A DNA stretch of 64,000 nucleotides, taken from NCBI GenBank assembly GCA_024644045.1, contig JAHELT010000004.1, forward strand, positions 1,974-65,973, read 5' to 3'. Source of the stretch: Chromatiales bacterium. Its GTDB lineage: Bacteria; Pseudomonadota; Gammaproteobacteria; JAHELT01. Positions 49,104-58,771 of this stretch are shown here, in pieces (the first letter of the stretch is position 1; the number at the start of each line of letters is the position of its first letter). The notes beneath the pieces were generated by a model. That model made no database searches and had not been told where the DNA came from. It saw only the letters and a list, made by a program, of their open reading frames with translations. The position numbers and the translations under genes are program-made.

Positions 49104-50099
49104 GTGGACATAGATATCAGCACCTGGCATGGAGCCGCTGCGGCGCGTGCGTCGCAGGCACTGCAGAACGGCCGGTTAGGGCATGCCCAGCTGCTTTGCG
49201 GCGTGCCCGGAATCGGCAAGCGGGTGTTCGTACGCTGGCTGGCGCGGCTGCTGCTGTGCCAGCAACCGCGCCTCGCCGAGCAGCCCGCCCCCTGCGGCGA
49301 GTGCAAAGCCTGCCGGCTGAGCGACGCCGGAACGCACCCCGATTTCATGGCGCTGGCGCCCGAGGCGCCCGCGAAATCCATCGGCGTCGACGCCGTGCGC
49401 GCGTTCAATGCGCAGCTGGCTCTGACCGCACAACTGTCCGGCAATCGCGTCGGGATCGTGGATCCGGCCGACGCCATGACCACCAACGCCGCAAACGGAC
49501 TGCTCAAGTCGCTGGAGGAGCCGCCGCCCGGCACCTATCTGATTCTCGTGAGCGACTTTCCGGCCCGCCTGCTGCCCACCGTTCGCAGCCGCTGTCAGCT
49601 GATTGAGCTGCACCGGCCGCCCGCGTCCGCTGCCCTGGCGTGGCTGGCGCCGCAGGTCGGCGATGAGCAGGCGAAGCACTGGTTAAGTGTTGCCCGCGGC
49701 GCGCCGCTAAAGGCTCTGGAGCTCGCAGACGAAGAGCAACGCGCGTTTCGCGACGGCCTGTTCGAATCCTTCGACGCCGTGCTCAGCCACAGCGCTGATC
49801 CGGTGCGCGCGGCGGGCCGCTACGCACGCGCCCCGCTGGCATCGCTGCTGAGTTGTGTGGACTCGTGGACAACCGATCTGATCCGCTTGACCGCGGCCGG
49901 ACCCGGGGCGCCGATGAGCAATACGGACCTGCGCAGCGCGCTTTCCAGGTACGGTGGGAAACTCGACTTGCAGGGGTTGTTCCGCTATCTTGACCGCGTG
50001 CGCGATAGTGCGGCCAGCCCGGTTGCGCTGAACACCCAGCTGGTCGTCGAGGAACTGTTCATTTCTGCGAGTCGATTGGGCAGCACTGCTGAGAGGTAG
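49104..50099 (+). CDS. holB: DNA polymerase III delta' subunit
   Basis: HA.L..G.PGIGK, C..CGECKAC..HPD, ANGLLKSLEEP, TVRSRC; start approximate. Confidence 0.93.
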   Translation: MDIDISTWHGAAAARASQALQNGRLGHAQLLCGVPGIGKRVFVRWLARLLLCQQPRLAEQPAPCGECKACRLSDAGTHPDFMALAPEAPAKSIGVDAVRAFNAQLALTAQLSGNRVGIVDPADAMTTNAANGLLKSLEEPPPGTYLILVSDFPARLLPTVRSRCQLIELHRPPASAALAWLAPQVGDEQAKHWLSVARGAPLKALELADEEQRAFRDGLFESFDAVLSHSADPVRAAGRYARAPLASLLSCVDSWTTDLIRLTAAGPGAPMSNTDLRSALSRYGGKLDLQGLFRYLDRVRDSAASPVALNTQLVVEELFISASRLGSTAER

Positions 50100-50105
50100 C
50101 CGAGC

Positions 50106-50450
50106 ATGGCGCAGAGTCGTCAAGGAATACTGTCGCTGACTATCAAGGACAAGGGGGCGCTGTACGCGGCCTACATGCCCTTCGTCAAAAACGGCGGGCT
50201 GTTCATACCTACGAACAAGAAGTATCAGCTGGGCGATGAGGTATTCATGCTGCTCACGCTGATGGATGATGCAGAACGCATCCCGGTGGCGGGGCGCATC
50301 GTTTGGATTACACCGCAGGGCGCTCAGGGCAACAAGACCGCGGGTATCGGCGTACAGTTCAGCGATCAGGACAACGGCGCTACGCGCAACAAGATCGAAA
50401 CCTACCTGGCCGGCGCTTTGCAGGCGGACCGCCCCACCCACACCATGTAA
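50106..50450 (+). CDS. pilZ: Type IV pilus assembly protein PilZ
   Basis: LYAAYMPFVKNGGLFIPT..RPTHTM, directly after holB. Confidence 0.93.
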   Translation: MAQSRQGILSLTIKDKGALYAAYMPFVKNGGLFIPTNKKYQLGDEVFMLLTLMDDAERIPVAGRIVWITPQGAQGNKTAGIGVQFSDQDNGATRNKIETYLAGALQADRPTHTM

Positions 50451-50452
50451 GA

Positions 50453-52159
50453 TCAGCCGATCGCGTGCTCCTCCTTGCGCAGCTCTTCCAGCGTGTGCAG
50501 GTACGCGTGGATGACCGCTGCTTCGTACAGCGCCCCCAGATAGGCGCCCTGCTCGTCGACCACGGGCGCGCTTTCACCGTGGAAGTTCTCGAGCGTGTGC
50601 ATCGCCTCCCAGATCGAGGTCGCACTGCGCAGCGTCAGATGGTTCTCGATCACGTGCGCCAGCACCGGATCCGTCGGCGACTGGGCGACGTTCAACTCCA
50701 GATCGCGGAGGTGGACGACGCCCAGGTAGGCGCCGTCACGATTCACGATGTGCGCTTCGGACGCGTTGTGGCCGAGCATCCGGTCACGTGCCCGCAGCAG
50801 CGAAGCGTCCGGCGGCAGGGTGAGCACCGAATCCGACAGGTAGTCCCTTATCGGTTCGTGCTGCAGGCGCACCCGCTCCACGCCCATGGAAAAATCTATA
50901 CCCCGTGACTGCAGCCGCAGGTCGTAAAAGGATCTGCCGTACAGACGATAGGACACCAGGTTGGCGAACACCACCGTGATCATCACGGCGATCGTGAGCT
51001 CGTAGTCGTGGGTGAGCTCGAACACGATGAGGATCGCGGTGAGCGGGGCGCCGATGACGGCGCTGGCAACAGCGGCCATGGCGCCCACTGCGAACACTTG
51101 CGGGGAGGCGGCCAGCAGCGCCGGCACGCTCAAGGAAAGCAGAACCGCGAACAGGCTGCCGAACAGCGTGCCCAGCAGCAGGGCGGGGCTGAGGATGCCG
51201 CCCGCGAAACCGAATCCCAGGCACACCGCCGTCGCCAGCGTCTTGGCGACCAGCACCAGGGCCATACCCGCCGCGTCGAGTTCGCCCAGTAGCGTCTGGC
51301 GCAGCGCCCACAGTCCGGTGCCCAGCACTTCGGGAACCCCCAGCGCAATCAGCCAGAGTATCAGCGCCGCGCAGACCGGTTTCAGCCAGCCGGGGATGAT
51401 GCTGCGCACGGCGATCCCCTCGCTGAAGTCGACCAGGTGCATGAAGTACTTCGCGAACAGCGCGCTCAACACCCCAAGCACCGCGAGCGCAACATAGCTC
51501 AGGGGCGGCAGCGTGTCGGTGGTCTGGATCATGCGCAGCGTTTCTGCATCGAACAGGCTGCTCCCGAACAGGTGACCCGTCACCGCGGCCACCGTAATCG
51601 GGGCGAACGCCCGCAGCGAGTAGTGCCGCAGCAGGATCTCGTGGGCGAAGATCACGCCGGCGATGGGTGCCGAAAACGCCGCGGCTATGGCGGCGGATAC
51701 CCCGCAACCTACACCGATGCGCGCCATCTGCCCGCCGAACGGTCGGGTGTGCGCGATAACCGAGCCCAGAGTAGCCCCGAAATGCACCAGCGGTCCGTAC
51801 TGACCGGCGGAGGCACCGCTGCCGAGCGCAATGAAGTTTGCCAGCGTGCCGCGCAGCCCGACGAGCCCGTCGATACGTCCGGCGTTGCAGTGGGTGGCCT
51901 CGATCGTCTCGACCGGCCCCACTGACCGGCCGCGCTGCAGCACGCCGACCACCAGGCTGCCGACCAGCAGGATCTCGAGCAGGTGCCAGGCATTGCCGGA
52001 TTCCGCGTCTGCGTGCGGCGGTCCGATGCGCAGCCACTCATTCAGCAACTCGATCCCGGTCACGAACAGGTTGGACAGAAATCCCGCGACCAGTCCGATG
52101 GCGGTGCCGAAAAGGGCCAGGACGATCACGCTGCGGATCAGTGAACGGGCGGTGCTCAT
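50453..52159 (-). CDS. CLC-family protein with CBS domains, lacking the gating glutamate
   Basis: GASAGQYGP, AAAFSAPIAG, GG.LSPAL, GAPLTAILIVFELT, C-terminal CBS pair. Confidence 0.88.
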   Translation of the reverse strand: MSTARSLIRSVIVLALFGTAIGLVAGFLSNLFVTGIELLNEWLRIGPPHADAESGNAWHLLEILLVGSLVVGVLQRGRSVGPVETIEATHCNAGRIDGLVGLRGTLANFIALGSGASAGQYGPLVHFGATLGSVIAHTRPFGGQMARIGVGCGVSAAIAAAFSAPIAGVIFAHEILLRHYSLRAFAPITVAAVTGHLFGSSLFDAETLRMIQTTDTLPPLSYVALAVLGVLSALFAKYFMHLVDFSEGIAVRSIIPGWLKPVCAALILWLIALGVPEVLGTGLWALRQTLLGELDAAGMALVLVAKTLATAVCLGFGFAGGILSPALLLGTLFGSLFAVLLSLSVPALLAASPQVFAVGAMAAVASAVIGAPLTAILIVFELTHDYELTIAVMITVVFANLVSYRLYGRSFYDLRLQSRGIDFSMGVERVRLQHEPIRDYLSDSVLTLPPDASLLRARDRMLGHNASEAHIVNRDGAYLGVVHLRDLELNVAQSPTDPVLAHVIENHLTLRSATSIWEAMHTLENFHGESAPVVDEQGAYLGALYEAAVIHAYLHTLEELRKEEHAIG

Positions 52160-52192
52160 GCTCGATAAATGAGGTTAAAAATGTATTGTAAA

Positions 52193-52456
52193 CTACTGAA
52201 TAGCAGCTCTAATTAGTGGTGATTCGCAGCCCCGCGCTCTGCAGGTGCAGCGCGACAGGCGTCGCGGAATGTCCAGCAGCGCCTCGCTGAGCCCGGTGAG
52301 TCGCTCGAACAGCTGGGCGGCGCAGCGGCTTTTCAGCCCGCGCCCGTGATCGGACAAGGTCGGCCGGGTGACGTGCATGGCGCGCGCGGCCTGCGTGAAG
52401 GTGCCGTGGCCGGCGACTGCATGAAACGCGCGCAGCTGTGCGTGATTGATAGCCAT
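52193..52456 (-). pseudogene. Truncated, decayed LysR regulator (HTH only)
   Basis: QLRAFHAVA..GTFTQAARAMHVTRPTLS..LFER, wing deleted before LT..; no substrate-binding domain; divergent from phnW. Confidence 0.8.
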
Positions 52457-52581
52457 CGCCTGTTGTCCTGTCCCACAAGTAACGTACTATTCTGCGAGCC
52501 GTTCACGGATATCGACTGGATCAGCGTAGTGCGCACGCCCCGGAGCAGGCAAGCCGGCGGGTGTACGAAGCGGAGATACAC

Positions 52582-53721
52582 ATGACCAAGACCCCCAAGA
52601 CAGCCCCCTGGTTGCTAACCCCGGGCCCGCTCACCACATCACCCACGGTGAAAAGCGCCATGCTGCGGGACTGGGGGTCCCGTGACGCGGAGTTCATCGC
52701 GATCAACCGGCGGGTCCGCGAACGCCTCGTGGAACTGGCCGGCGGGACCGGCACGCACGTGTGCGTACCGCTGCAGGGAAGCGGCACGTTTGCGGTGGAG
52801 GCGACCCTTGCCACACTGATTCCGCCCGCGGGCAAGGCCGTCATCCTGGTCAATGGCGCCTATGGTCGGCGCATGGCTGCCATTTTCGACTACCTGCGGC
52901 GCGACTACCGCGTGCTGGAAACGCCCGAGCACGTCCCGAACGACGTGCAGGCGCTGGCGCAGTGCCTCGATACCGACGCCGCAATCACGCACGTGGTGAT
53001 GGTCCAGTGCGAGACGACCACCGGCATACTGAATCCGCTGGAAGCCGTTGGCGAGCTGTGCCGTCGGACGGGCAAGGCACTGATCGTCGATGCCATGAGT
53101 GCATTCGGCGCGCTGCCGCTGGACGCGCGCGAGACCCGGTTCGAAGCGCTCATCGCCTCGTCCAATAAATGCCTGGAGGGCGTGCCCGGGATCGGTTTCG
53201 CGATCGTGCGCCAGGGTGCGCTCGATGGCAGCCGTGGCAACTGCCACTCGTTGAGTCTGGATCTGTACGAGCAACACCGCTACATGGAAAGCTCCGGGCA
53301 GTGGCGCTTCACCCCGCCGACGCACGTGCTCGCCGCTTTCGACCAGGCGCTGCTCGAGCACGCCGAAGAGGGCGGCGTTCAGGGACGCGGCGCCCGCTAC
53401 GAAAAAAACTGCGAGCGCCTGTTACAGGGCATGCACGATCTCGGTTTCGCAGCGCTGCTGCCGCGCAAGATGCAGGCGCCGATTATCACCACTTACTATC
53501 AGCCGGCTGATCCGCGCTTCGATTTCAGCGCGTTCTATGCGGCGTTGAGCGAGCGGGGTTACGTGATCTACCCGGGCAAGCTCACTCAGGCCGAGACTTT
53601 CCGTATCGGCTGCATCGGCCGTGTGGGCGTGGCACAGATGGATGGCGTGCTGGCAGCGATCGCTGCGGTGCTAGACGAGATGGGGGTCGAAAACCGCTCG
53701 CCCGACGCGGGCGTTGCCTGA
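52582..53721 (+). CDS. phnW: 2-aminoethylphosphonate--pyruvate transaminase
   Basis: LLTPGPLTT, DWGSRD, LQGSGTF, CETTTG, DAMSAFG, SSNKC, WRFTPPTH, IYPGK. Confidence 0.95.
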   Translation: MTKTPKTAPWLLTPGPLTTSPTVKSAMLRDWGSRDAEFIAINRRVRERLVELAGGTGTHVCVPLQGSGTFAVEATLATLIPPAGKAVILVNGAYGRRMAAIFDYLRRDYRVLETPEHVPNDVQALAQCLDTDAAITHVVMVQCETTTGILNPLEAVGELCRRTGKALIVDAMSAFGALPLDARETRFEALIASSNKCLEGVPGIGFAIVRQGALDGSRGNCHSLSLDLYEQHRYMESSGQWRFTPPTHVLAAFDQALLEHAEEGGVQGRGARYEKNCERLLQGMHDLGFAALLPRKMQAPIITTYYQPADPRFDFSAFYAALSERGYVIYPGKLTQAETFRIGCIGRVGVAQMDGVLAAIAAVLDEMGVENRSPDAGVA

Positions 53722-53830
53722 GCGCGCGGCCGCGACCAGCCGGGCTCCGCCGGCGCCGCGTGTTTTTGGCTTACAATCGGGCTCGCGCTTGCCTGAGGCG
53801 CAATTCGATCTTTATCCCACAGAGCCAGGA

Positions 53831-54367
53831 ATGACCATGCACCGAGTAATGCCCCGACAGACCGCGCCGTCGCTCACCGTCGATACCGCAGACCGTGGCG
53901 TGTGGTCGCTGGCCGAGCAGACGCCGCGCAACTTCACTATGATCGTGTTCTACCGCGGCCTGCATTGTCCGATCTGCAAACCGTACCTGCGCGACCTCGA
54001 TCGGCAGACCACGGCGTTTGCGGCGCTCGGTGTGCAGAGCATTGCCATCAGCACCGACGACGCCGAACGCGCGCGTCAGGCCGTCGACGACTGGGGTATC
54101 AAGGAAGTGCCGATCGGCTACGGAATCAGCATCGAGGACGCACGCGGCTGGGGCCTCTACGTCTCCAGCGGTCAGGGAAAAACGTCGGCCGGGGTCGAAG
54201 AGCCGGCGCTGTTCAACGAGCCGGGCCTGTTCCTGGTCCGCCCCGACGCGACGCTGTACTCGGCCTCGATCCAGACGATGCCCTTCGTGCGGCCGCGTTT
54301 CGACGAGTTACTCAAGGCACTCGACGTGGTCATAAGCCGGGACTATCCGGCGCGCGGCGAGGCCTGA
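53831..54367 (+). CDS. Peroxiredoxin-like AhpC/TSA family protein
   Basis: FYRGLHCPIC, FNEPGLFLV, QTMPF.RP, YPARG. Confidence 0.85.
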   Translation: MTMHRVMPRQTAPSLTVDTADRGVWSLAEQTPRNFTMIVFYRGLHCPICKPYLRDLDRQTTAFAALGVQSIAISTDDAERARQAVDDWGIKEVPIGYGISIEDARGWGLYVSSGQGKTSAGVEEPALFNEPGLFLVRPDATLYSASIQTMPFVRPRFDELLKALDVVISRDYPARGEA

Positions 54368-54371
54368 AACG

Positions 54372-54406
54372 AAGAAAGAAAGCCGCCGCGGATCGCTCCG
54401 CGGCGG
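54372..54406 (-). terminator. Rho-independent terminator after the DUF1127 gene
   Basis: 10-bp stem CCGCCGCGGA/TCCGCGGCGG (54383-54406) followed on the minus strand by CTTTCTTTCTT. Confidence 0.75.
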
Positions 54407-54459
54407 GAACCACACCTAAACGCCGGGGGGCGGCGTAAGGGGGAGGAGGATACCGGTGC
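54372..54459 (-). ncRNA. Candidate 3'UTR-derived sRNA with a CCUCCUCCC (cuckoo-like) motif
   Basis: Minus strand GCACCGGUAUCCUCCUCCCCCUUACGCCGCCCCCCGGCGU.. lies between the DUF1127 stop and the terminator. Confidence 0.45.
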
Positions 54460-54669
54460 TCAGCGCTGTTTAAGCATGCTTTCGACGGCGGCCGGAATGC
54501 CGGCGCGGTCGAGGCCGATATCGCTGAGCAGATGGTCCGGCAGAGCGTTCAGCTCTGCAACGGCTTTGCGACGCTCGTACCAGCGCGCCGCGGTGCCCAC
54601 CAGATCGTCAGCGAGTCTTGCCAGCAACGCTCGACGAGGGGCGGCAAGGTATTCGACATGCGTAGTCAT
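54460..54669 (-). CDS. DUF1127 small protein
   Basis: W.ERRK...ELNALPDHLLSDIGLDR; GGAG RBS. Confidence 0.88.
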   Translation of the reverse strand: MTTHVEYLAAPRRALLARLADDLVGTAARWYERRKAVAELNALPDHLLSDIGLDRAGIPAAVESMLKQR

Positions 54670-54791
54670 CTCAATGCTCCTCGTGTCAGACCGCGATAAG
54701 GGCGGCGGTAAGGATAACGATCGCGCCGATGTAGGCGAGACCAACCCGGGTAAAAACGTCTATCAACATGATCGTAACCTCATAAAATTGC

Positions 54792-54803
54792 TGCATTGCA
54801 CAA
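54792..54803. promoter_or_regulatory. Candidate PhaR-like operator (TGCATTGCACAA)
   Basis: Matches the recalled PhaR consensus TGCRNYGCASMA, in the DUF1127/LysR divergent region. Confidence 0.4.
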
Positions 54804-54882
54804 GACCGTTGATCGGCATACTATGGACCTTCTTTAGGCCTTTCAAGAGATGTCTCGTCATCTTTAGCATGAATGAATACTC

Positions 54883-55854
54883 ATGAATAAACTGTACCGC
54901 CTGCCGCCCATCTCGGCGCTACGCGCGTTCGACGTGGCGGCCCGCGAGTTGAGCTTCACGAAAGCGGCGGAGGAACTGCACGTCACGCAGAGTGCGGTCA
55001 GTCACCAGATCCGGCACATCGAGTCGCTGTGGGGCTTTGCGCTCTTCGTGCGCCATAACCGGCAGGTGAGTCTGACGCGCGAGGCGCAGGCTCTGGTCCC
55101 TGTGATCCGCGACTTCTTCAAGGGGCTCGACCGCACGCTCACCGAGATCTCCTCGGAGGGCTCCAGGGGGCCGCTGCGCGTCAGTCTGCTGCAGTCGTTT
55201 GCCTTCAAATGGCTGGTGCCACGGCTCGGCCGGTTCAACCAGGCGCACGCCGGGATCGACGTGTGGATCTCCTCGACCGATGACATCGTGGACTTCGATG
55301 CGGGTGAGGTGGACGTGGCGATCCGGCTTGGTCTGGGCGGCTGGCCGGGGCTGCATGAGACTCTGCTGCTGCGCGAGTACGTGTTCCCGGTATGCAGCCC
55401 GGAGCTGTACGAAAGCATGGGTCGTCCGCAGGCCCCGGCGGCGCTGCTGCAGCAGCAGCTGCTCTACCGGTATGCGAACGACATCTGTGCCAAGTGGCGC
55501 GACTGGTTCGCCGATGCCGGCGTCGAGGTGCGCTCCCTGCCCCCCGGGACCCGTTTCCCGAGCACCAGCATGGCCGTGCAGGCGGCGATCGACGGACAGG
55601 GCGTGGCACTGGCCCGCAGCGCCCACGTCGAAGACGATCTGGAGGCCGGCCGGTTGATCAAGTTGTTCGACGTGTACAGCCCGTCACACGTCAAGTACTT
55701 CCTGGTGTGCCCGATCGGCAGCGAGCAGCATGCGCGGATCGCGGCGTTCCGGGAATGGCTGTTGCGCGAGGCGGTCATCTCGCAGGCCGCCTTCGACCGG
55801 GTGGGCATCCCCAGGGCACAGACGCGGCGGGCGGCGGGCGGCGGGGATTCCTAG
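54883..55854 (+). CDS. GcvA-like LysR regulator
   Basis: RLPP..LRAF..AARELSFTKAAEELHVTQSAVSHQI, WLVPRL, DVAIR.G.G.WPGL, GQGVAL. Confidence 0.9.
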   Translation: MNKLYRLPPISALRAFDVAARELSFTKAAEELHVTQSAVSHQIRHIESLWGFALFVRHNRQVSLTREAQALVPVIRDFFKGLDRTLTEISSEGSRGPLRVSLLQSFAFKWLVPRLGRFNQAHAGIDVWISSTDDIVDFDAGEVDVAIRLGLGGWPGLHETLLLREYVFPVCSPELYESMGRPQAPAALLQQQLLYRYANDICAKWRDWFADAGVEVRSLPPGTRFPSTSMAVQAAIDGQGVALARSAHVEDDLEAGRLIKLFDVYSPSHVKYFLVCPIGSEQHARIAAFREWLLREAVISQAAFDRVGIPRAQTRRAAGGGDS

Positions 55855-55968
55855 CCCGCATGGTATCGGAGAAACCATGCGCGCAACCGCCAGTATTGAC
55901 TTCGTCCCCGGGCAATTTTGATCTATAAAGGGGTAACGCGAGCGTCAAGCAGTCAGTGAGGTTCGAAC

Positions 55969-56817
55969 ATGCAATTTACTCATGAACGCGAGTTCACCTA
56001 CAGCCGCGCCTACCGGGGTCCGGTTCGCTGTGTCATCTTCGACTGGGCCGGCACGACCATGGATTTCGGCTGCATGGCGCCGGCGGTGGTCTTCTGCAAG
56101 GTGTTCGAGAAGGCCGGCGTGCCGATCAGTCTCGAAGAGGCGCGGATTCCGATGGGGGCGCACAAGAAAGTCCACATCGGCCTGATCTGTGAGATCCCGA
56201 GTGTGCGCAGGCGCTGGGTCGACAAGCACGGCAACGAGCCGACTCAGGCAGACGTCGACCGGATGTTCGCCGATTTCGTCCCGATGCAGGAGGCGTGTCT
56301 TTCGGACTACTCGCAGCTCATCCCGGGCACGCTGGAGGTGCTGGCCGAGTGCCGCAAACGTGGCTACAAGATCGGCTCCACCTCGGGCTACCTGCCCGGC
56401 ATGCTCGCCATCAACCAGGCGGATGCGAAGCGCCAGGGCTACGTGCCGGATGCGACCTTCGGCGCCGGCGACGTGCCGCGCGGCAGGCCCTTCGCGCACA
56501 TGGTGCTGCGTAATATCATCGAGCTCGACGTGTCACCCGTGCAATCGGTCGTCAAGGTCGACGACACCCTCACGGGCATCGAGGAGGGTCTCAACGCAGG
56601 ATGCTGGGCGATCGGCCTGGCGATCTCCGGGAACGAGGTCGGTGTCCCGCTGGATGAGTGGAACGCCTTCTCCGATGAGGTGAAGCAAAAGCACCGCGAT
56701 CGGATCTACCCGACCATGTATCAGCGCGGCGCGCACTATGTCATCGACAGCATCGCCGACCTGATACCGTGCCTGGACGATATCGAGGTACGCCTGAAGC
56801 GCGGCGAGAAGCCCTGA
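55969..56817 (+). CDS. phnX: Phosphonoacetaldehyde hydrolase
   Basis: IFDWAGTTMDFGCMAP, PMG.HKK.HI, KVDDT..GIEEG.NAG.W. Confidence 0.95.
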   Translation: MQFTHEREFTYSRAYRGPVRCVIFDWAGTTMDFGCMAPAVVFCKVFEKAGVPISLEEARIPMGAHKKVHIGLICEIPSVRRRWVDKHGNEPTQADVDRMFADFVPMQEACLSDYSQLIPGTLEVLAECRKRGYKIGSTSGYLPGMLAINQADAKRQGYVPDATFGAGDVPRGRPFAHMVLRNIIELDVSPVQSVVKVDDTLTGIEEGLNAGCWAIGLAISGNEVGVPLDEWNAFSDEVKQKHRDRIYPTMYQRGAHYVIDSIADLIPCLDDIEVRLKRGEKP

Positions 56818-56872
56818 AAGGGACCCATTGCCCCCGACGTCTCTCCCACCGGTCCCCGGCGCAGCGGGCGGG

Positions 56873-58684
56873 CTAGCCCCAGTCCTGTTCCTCGGCTTCG
56901 TGCAGCAGCCGTTCGTCGATCTCGAACTTGCGGCCCATCTCCTCGCTGGCTTCCCGGGCGACCGAGATGAGCTTCTCCTGGTCCCGGTGCACCGCGTGCA
57001 GCTGGTACAGCGTCTTGAGGTCCTGGCGTTTGAATGTATGCGCCAGTTTCTTCGCGCGGTAGGCGCCGTAGCCGAGCTCGATCAGCGCGGACTCACCGAG
57101 TGACAGGGCCGCCTCGAAGGTTTCGCGCTGAAACACGTTGACGCCCAGATCCAGCAGCTCGTAGGCGTGCACCACATCCCACGCGCGCGCGAGGATCTTG
57201 AGGCTGGGAAACTGTTTCTGCGCCGCGACGATCGTTTCGTGCATCGCCTCCCGGTCATCCAGCGCCAGGATCAACAGGCGGGCCTGGTCGGCGCCGGCCG
57301 CATGCAGCAGATCCATGCGCGAGGCGTCGCCGTAGAACACCTTGTAGCCGAACTTGCGAACCCGATCGATCTGTTGCGGGTTGTGATCGATAATGGTCGT
57401 GGCGATGCCGTTCGCGTGCAACAGACGGGCGATGATCTGGCCGAAGCGGCCGAACCCGGCGATGATCACCGGTTGCTCCGCGTTGTCGATGCGGTCGGCC
57501 TCACGCGGCCCGCCGAGGTTTGCGAAGCGCGGCTCGACCAGCCGCGCATGAATGATCATTAGCAGCGGCGTACTCAGCATGGACAGCGCAACGGCTGCGA
57601 CCAGCACGTCACCCGTGGCGCGGTCCAGCGCCCCGAACGAGCTCGCCACGCTGAAAATCACGAAAGCGAACTCCCCGCCCTGTGCCAGCAGGAACGTGAA
57701 CATCATGTTCTGACTTGCCTGCAGCCCGAGCAGGCGGCCGAGCGCCAGCAGCACCGCCATCTTGACGACGATCAGACCTGTGACCAGCATCAGGATCAGC
57801 CCCGGGCGCTCGATCAGCAGGTCGAAATCGATAGACATGCCGACGGAGATGAAGAACAGGCCTAGCAGCAGTCCCTTGAACGGCTCGATGTCGGTCTCCA
57901 GCTCGTGGCGGTACTCTGAATCGGCCAGCAGCACGCCCGCCAGGAATGTGCCGAGCGCCATGGACATGTCCACCGTCTGCATCAGCAGCGCGATCCCGAT
58001 AACCAGCAGCAGCGAGAACGCCGTGAAAATCTCCGGCAGCTTGGTGTTGGCGATGTATTGTATTACCGGTCGTATCAGGTAGTGCCCGCCGACCACGATC
58101 GCGGCGATTACCGCGACCACCTTCAGGGTGTCGAACAGCGGGTTACCGGTGCCGGCGTCGGCGGCTTCCACGCCGAGCAGTGGCAGCAGTGCCAGGATCG
58201 GGATTACGGCGATGTCCTGGAACAGCAGCACGGAAAACGCGTTGTTGCCCGCTGGCGTGGTGAGCAGGCTTTTCTCGGTCAGCGTCTGCAGGGCGATGGC
58301 GGTCGAGGAGAGCGACAGGCCCATCGCCGCCACCAGTGCCAGCTTCCAGTCGAATCCGAGCAGCATGCCGATTGCCAGTATCAGCACGGTCGTGACCACG
58401 ACCTGGGCACCGCCTATGCCGACAATGGATTTACGCAGGCCCCACAGGCGCCGCGGGTTCAGCTCCAGGCCGATCAGAAACAGCAGCAGCACGACCCCGA
58501 ACTCGGCGAAATGCAGAATGTCTTCGACATTGGTGATCAGGCGCAGACCGAACGGCCCTATGACGACACCGGCGATCAGGTAACCGAGCACCGAGCCCAG
58601 GCCCAGGCGTTTCGCGATCGGCACCGCGACCACTGCGGCCGCCAGGTAGACGAGCGTGTTGGTCAAAAGGCTGTCGTCGTTCAT
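56873..58684 (-). CDS. Glutathione-regulated K+ efflux protein KefB/KefC (CPA2)
   Basis: GLGSVLGYL, HFAEFGVV, YRHELETDIEPFKGLLLG, QGGEFAFV, KTN domain GFGRFG. Confidence 0.93.
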   Translation of the reverse strand: MNDDSLLTNTLVYLAAAVVAVPIAKRLGLGSVLGYLIAGVVIGPFGLRLITNVEDILHFAEFGVVLLLFLIGLELNPRRLWGLRKSIVGIGGAQVVVTTVLILAIGMLLGFDWKLALVAAMGLSLSSTAIALQTLTEKSLLTTPAGNNAFSVLLFQDIAVIPILALLPLLGVEAADAGTGNPLFDTLKVVAVIAAIVVGGHYLIRPVIQYIANTKLPEIFTAFSLLLVIGIALLMQTVDMSMALGTFLAGVLLADSEYRHELETDIEPFKGLLLGLFFISVGMSIDFDLLIERPGLILMLVTGLIVVKMAVLLALGRLLGLQASQNMMFTFLLAQGGEFAFVIFSVASSFGALDRATGDVLVAAVALSMLSTPLLMIIHARLVEPRFANLGGPREADRIDNAEQPVIIAGFGRFGQIIARLLHANGIATTIIDHNPQQIDRVRKFGYKVFYGDASRMDLLHAAGADQARLLILALDDREAMHETIVAAQKQFPSLKILARAWDVVHAYELLDLGVNVFQRETFEAALSLGESALIELGYGAYRAKKLAHTFKRQDLKTLYQLHAVHRDQEKLISVAREASEEMGRKFEIDERLLHEAEEQDWG

Positions 58685-58771
58685 CGTGGAGCTCCGCGGT
58701 GATCGGGTGCGTGATCGGGTTGCCGGCGTGGATGGCTGCGCGTGCCGGGGCGCGGCGTGCAGCCTGCGCTG

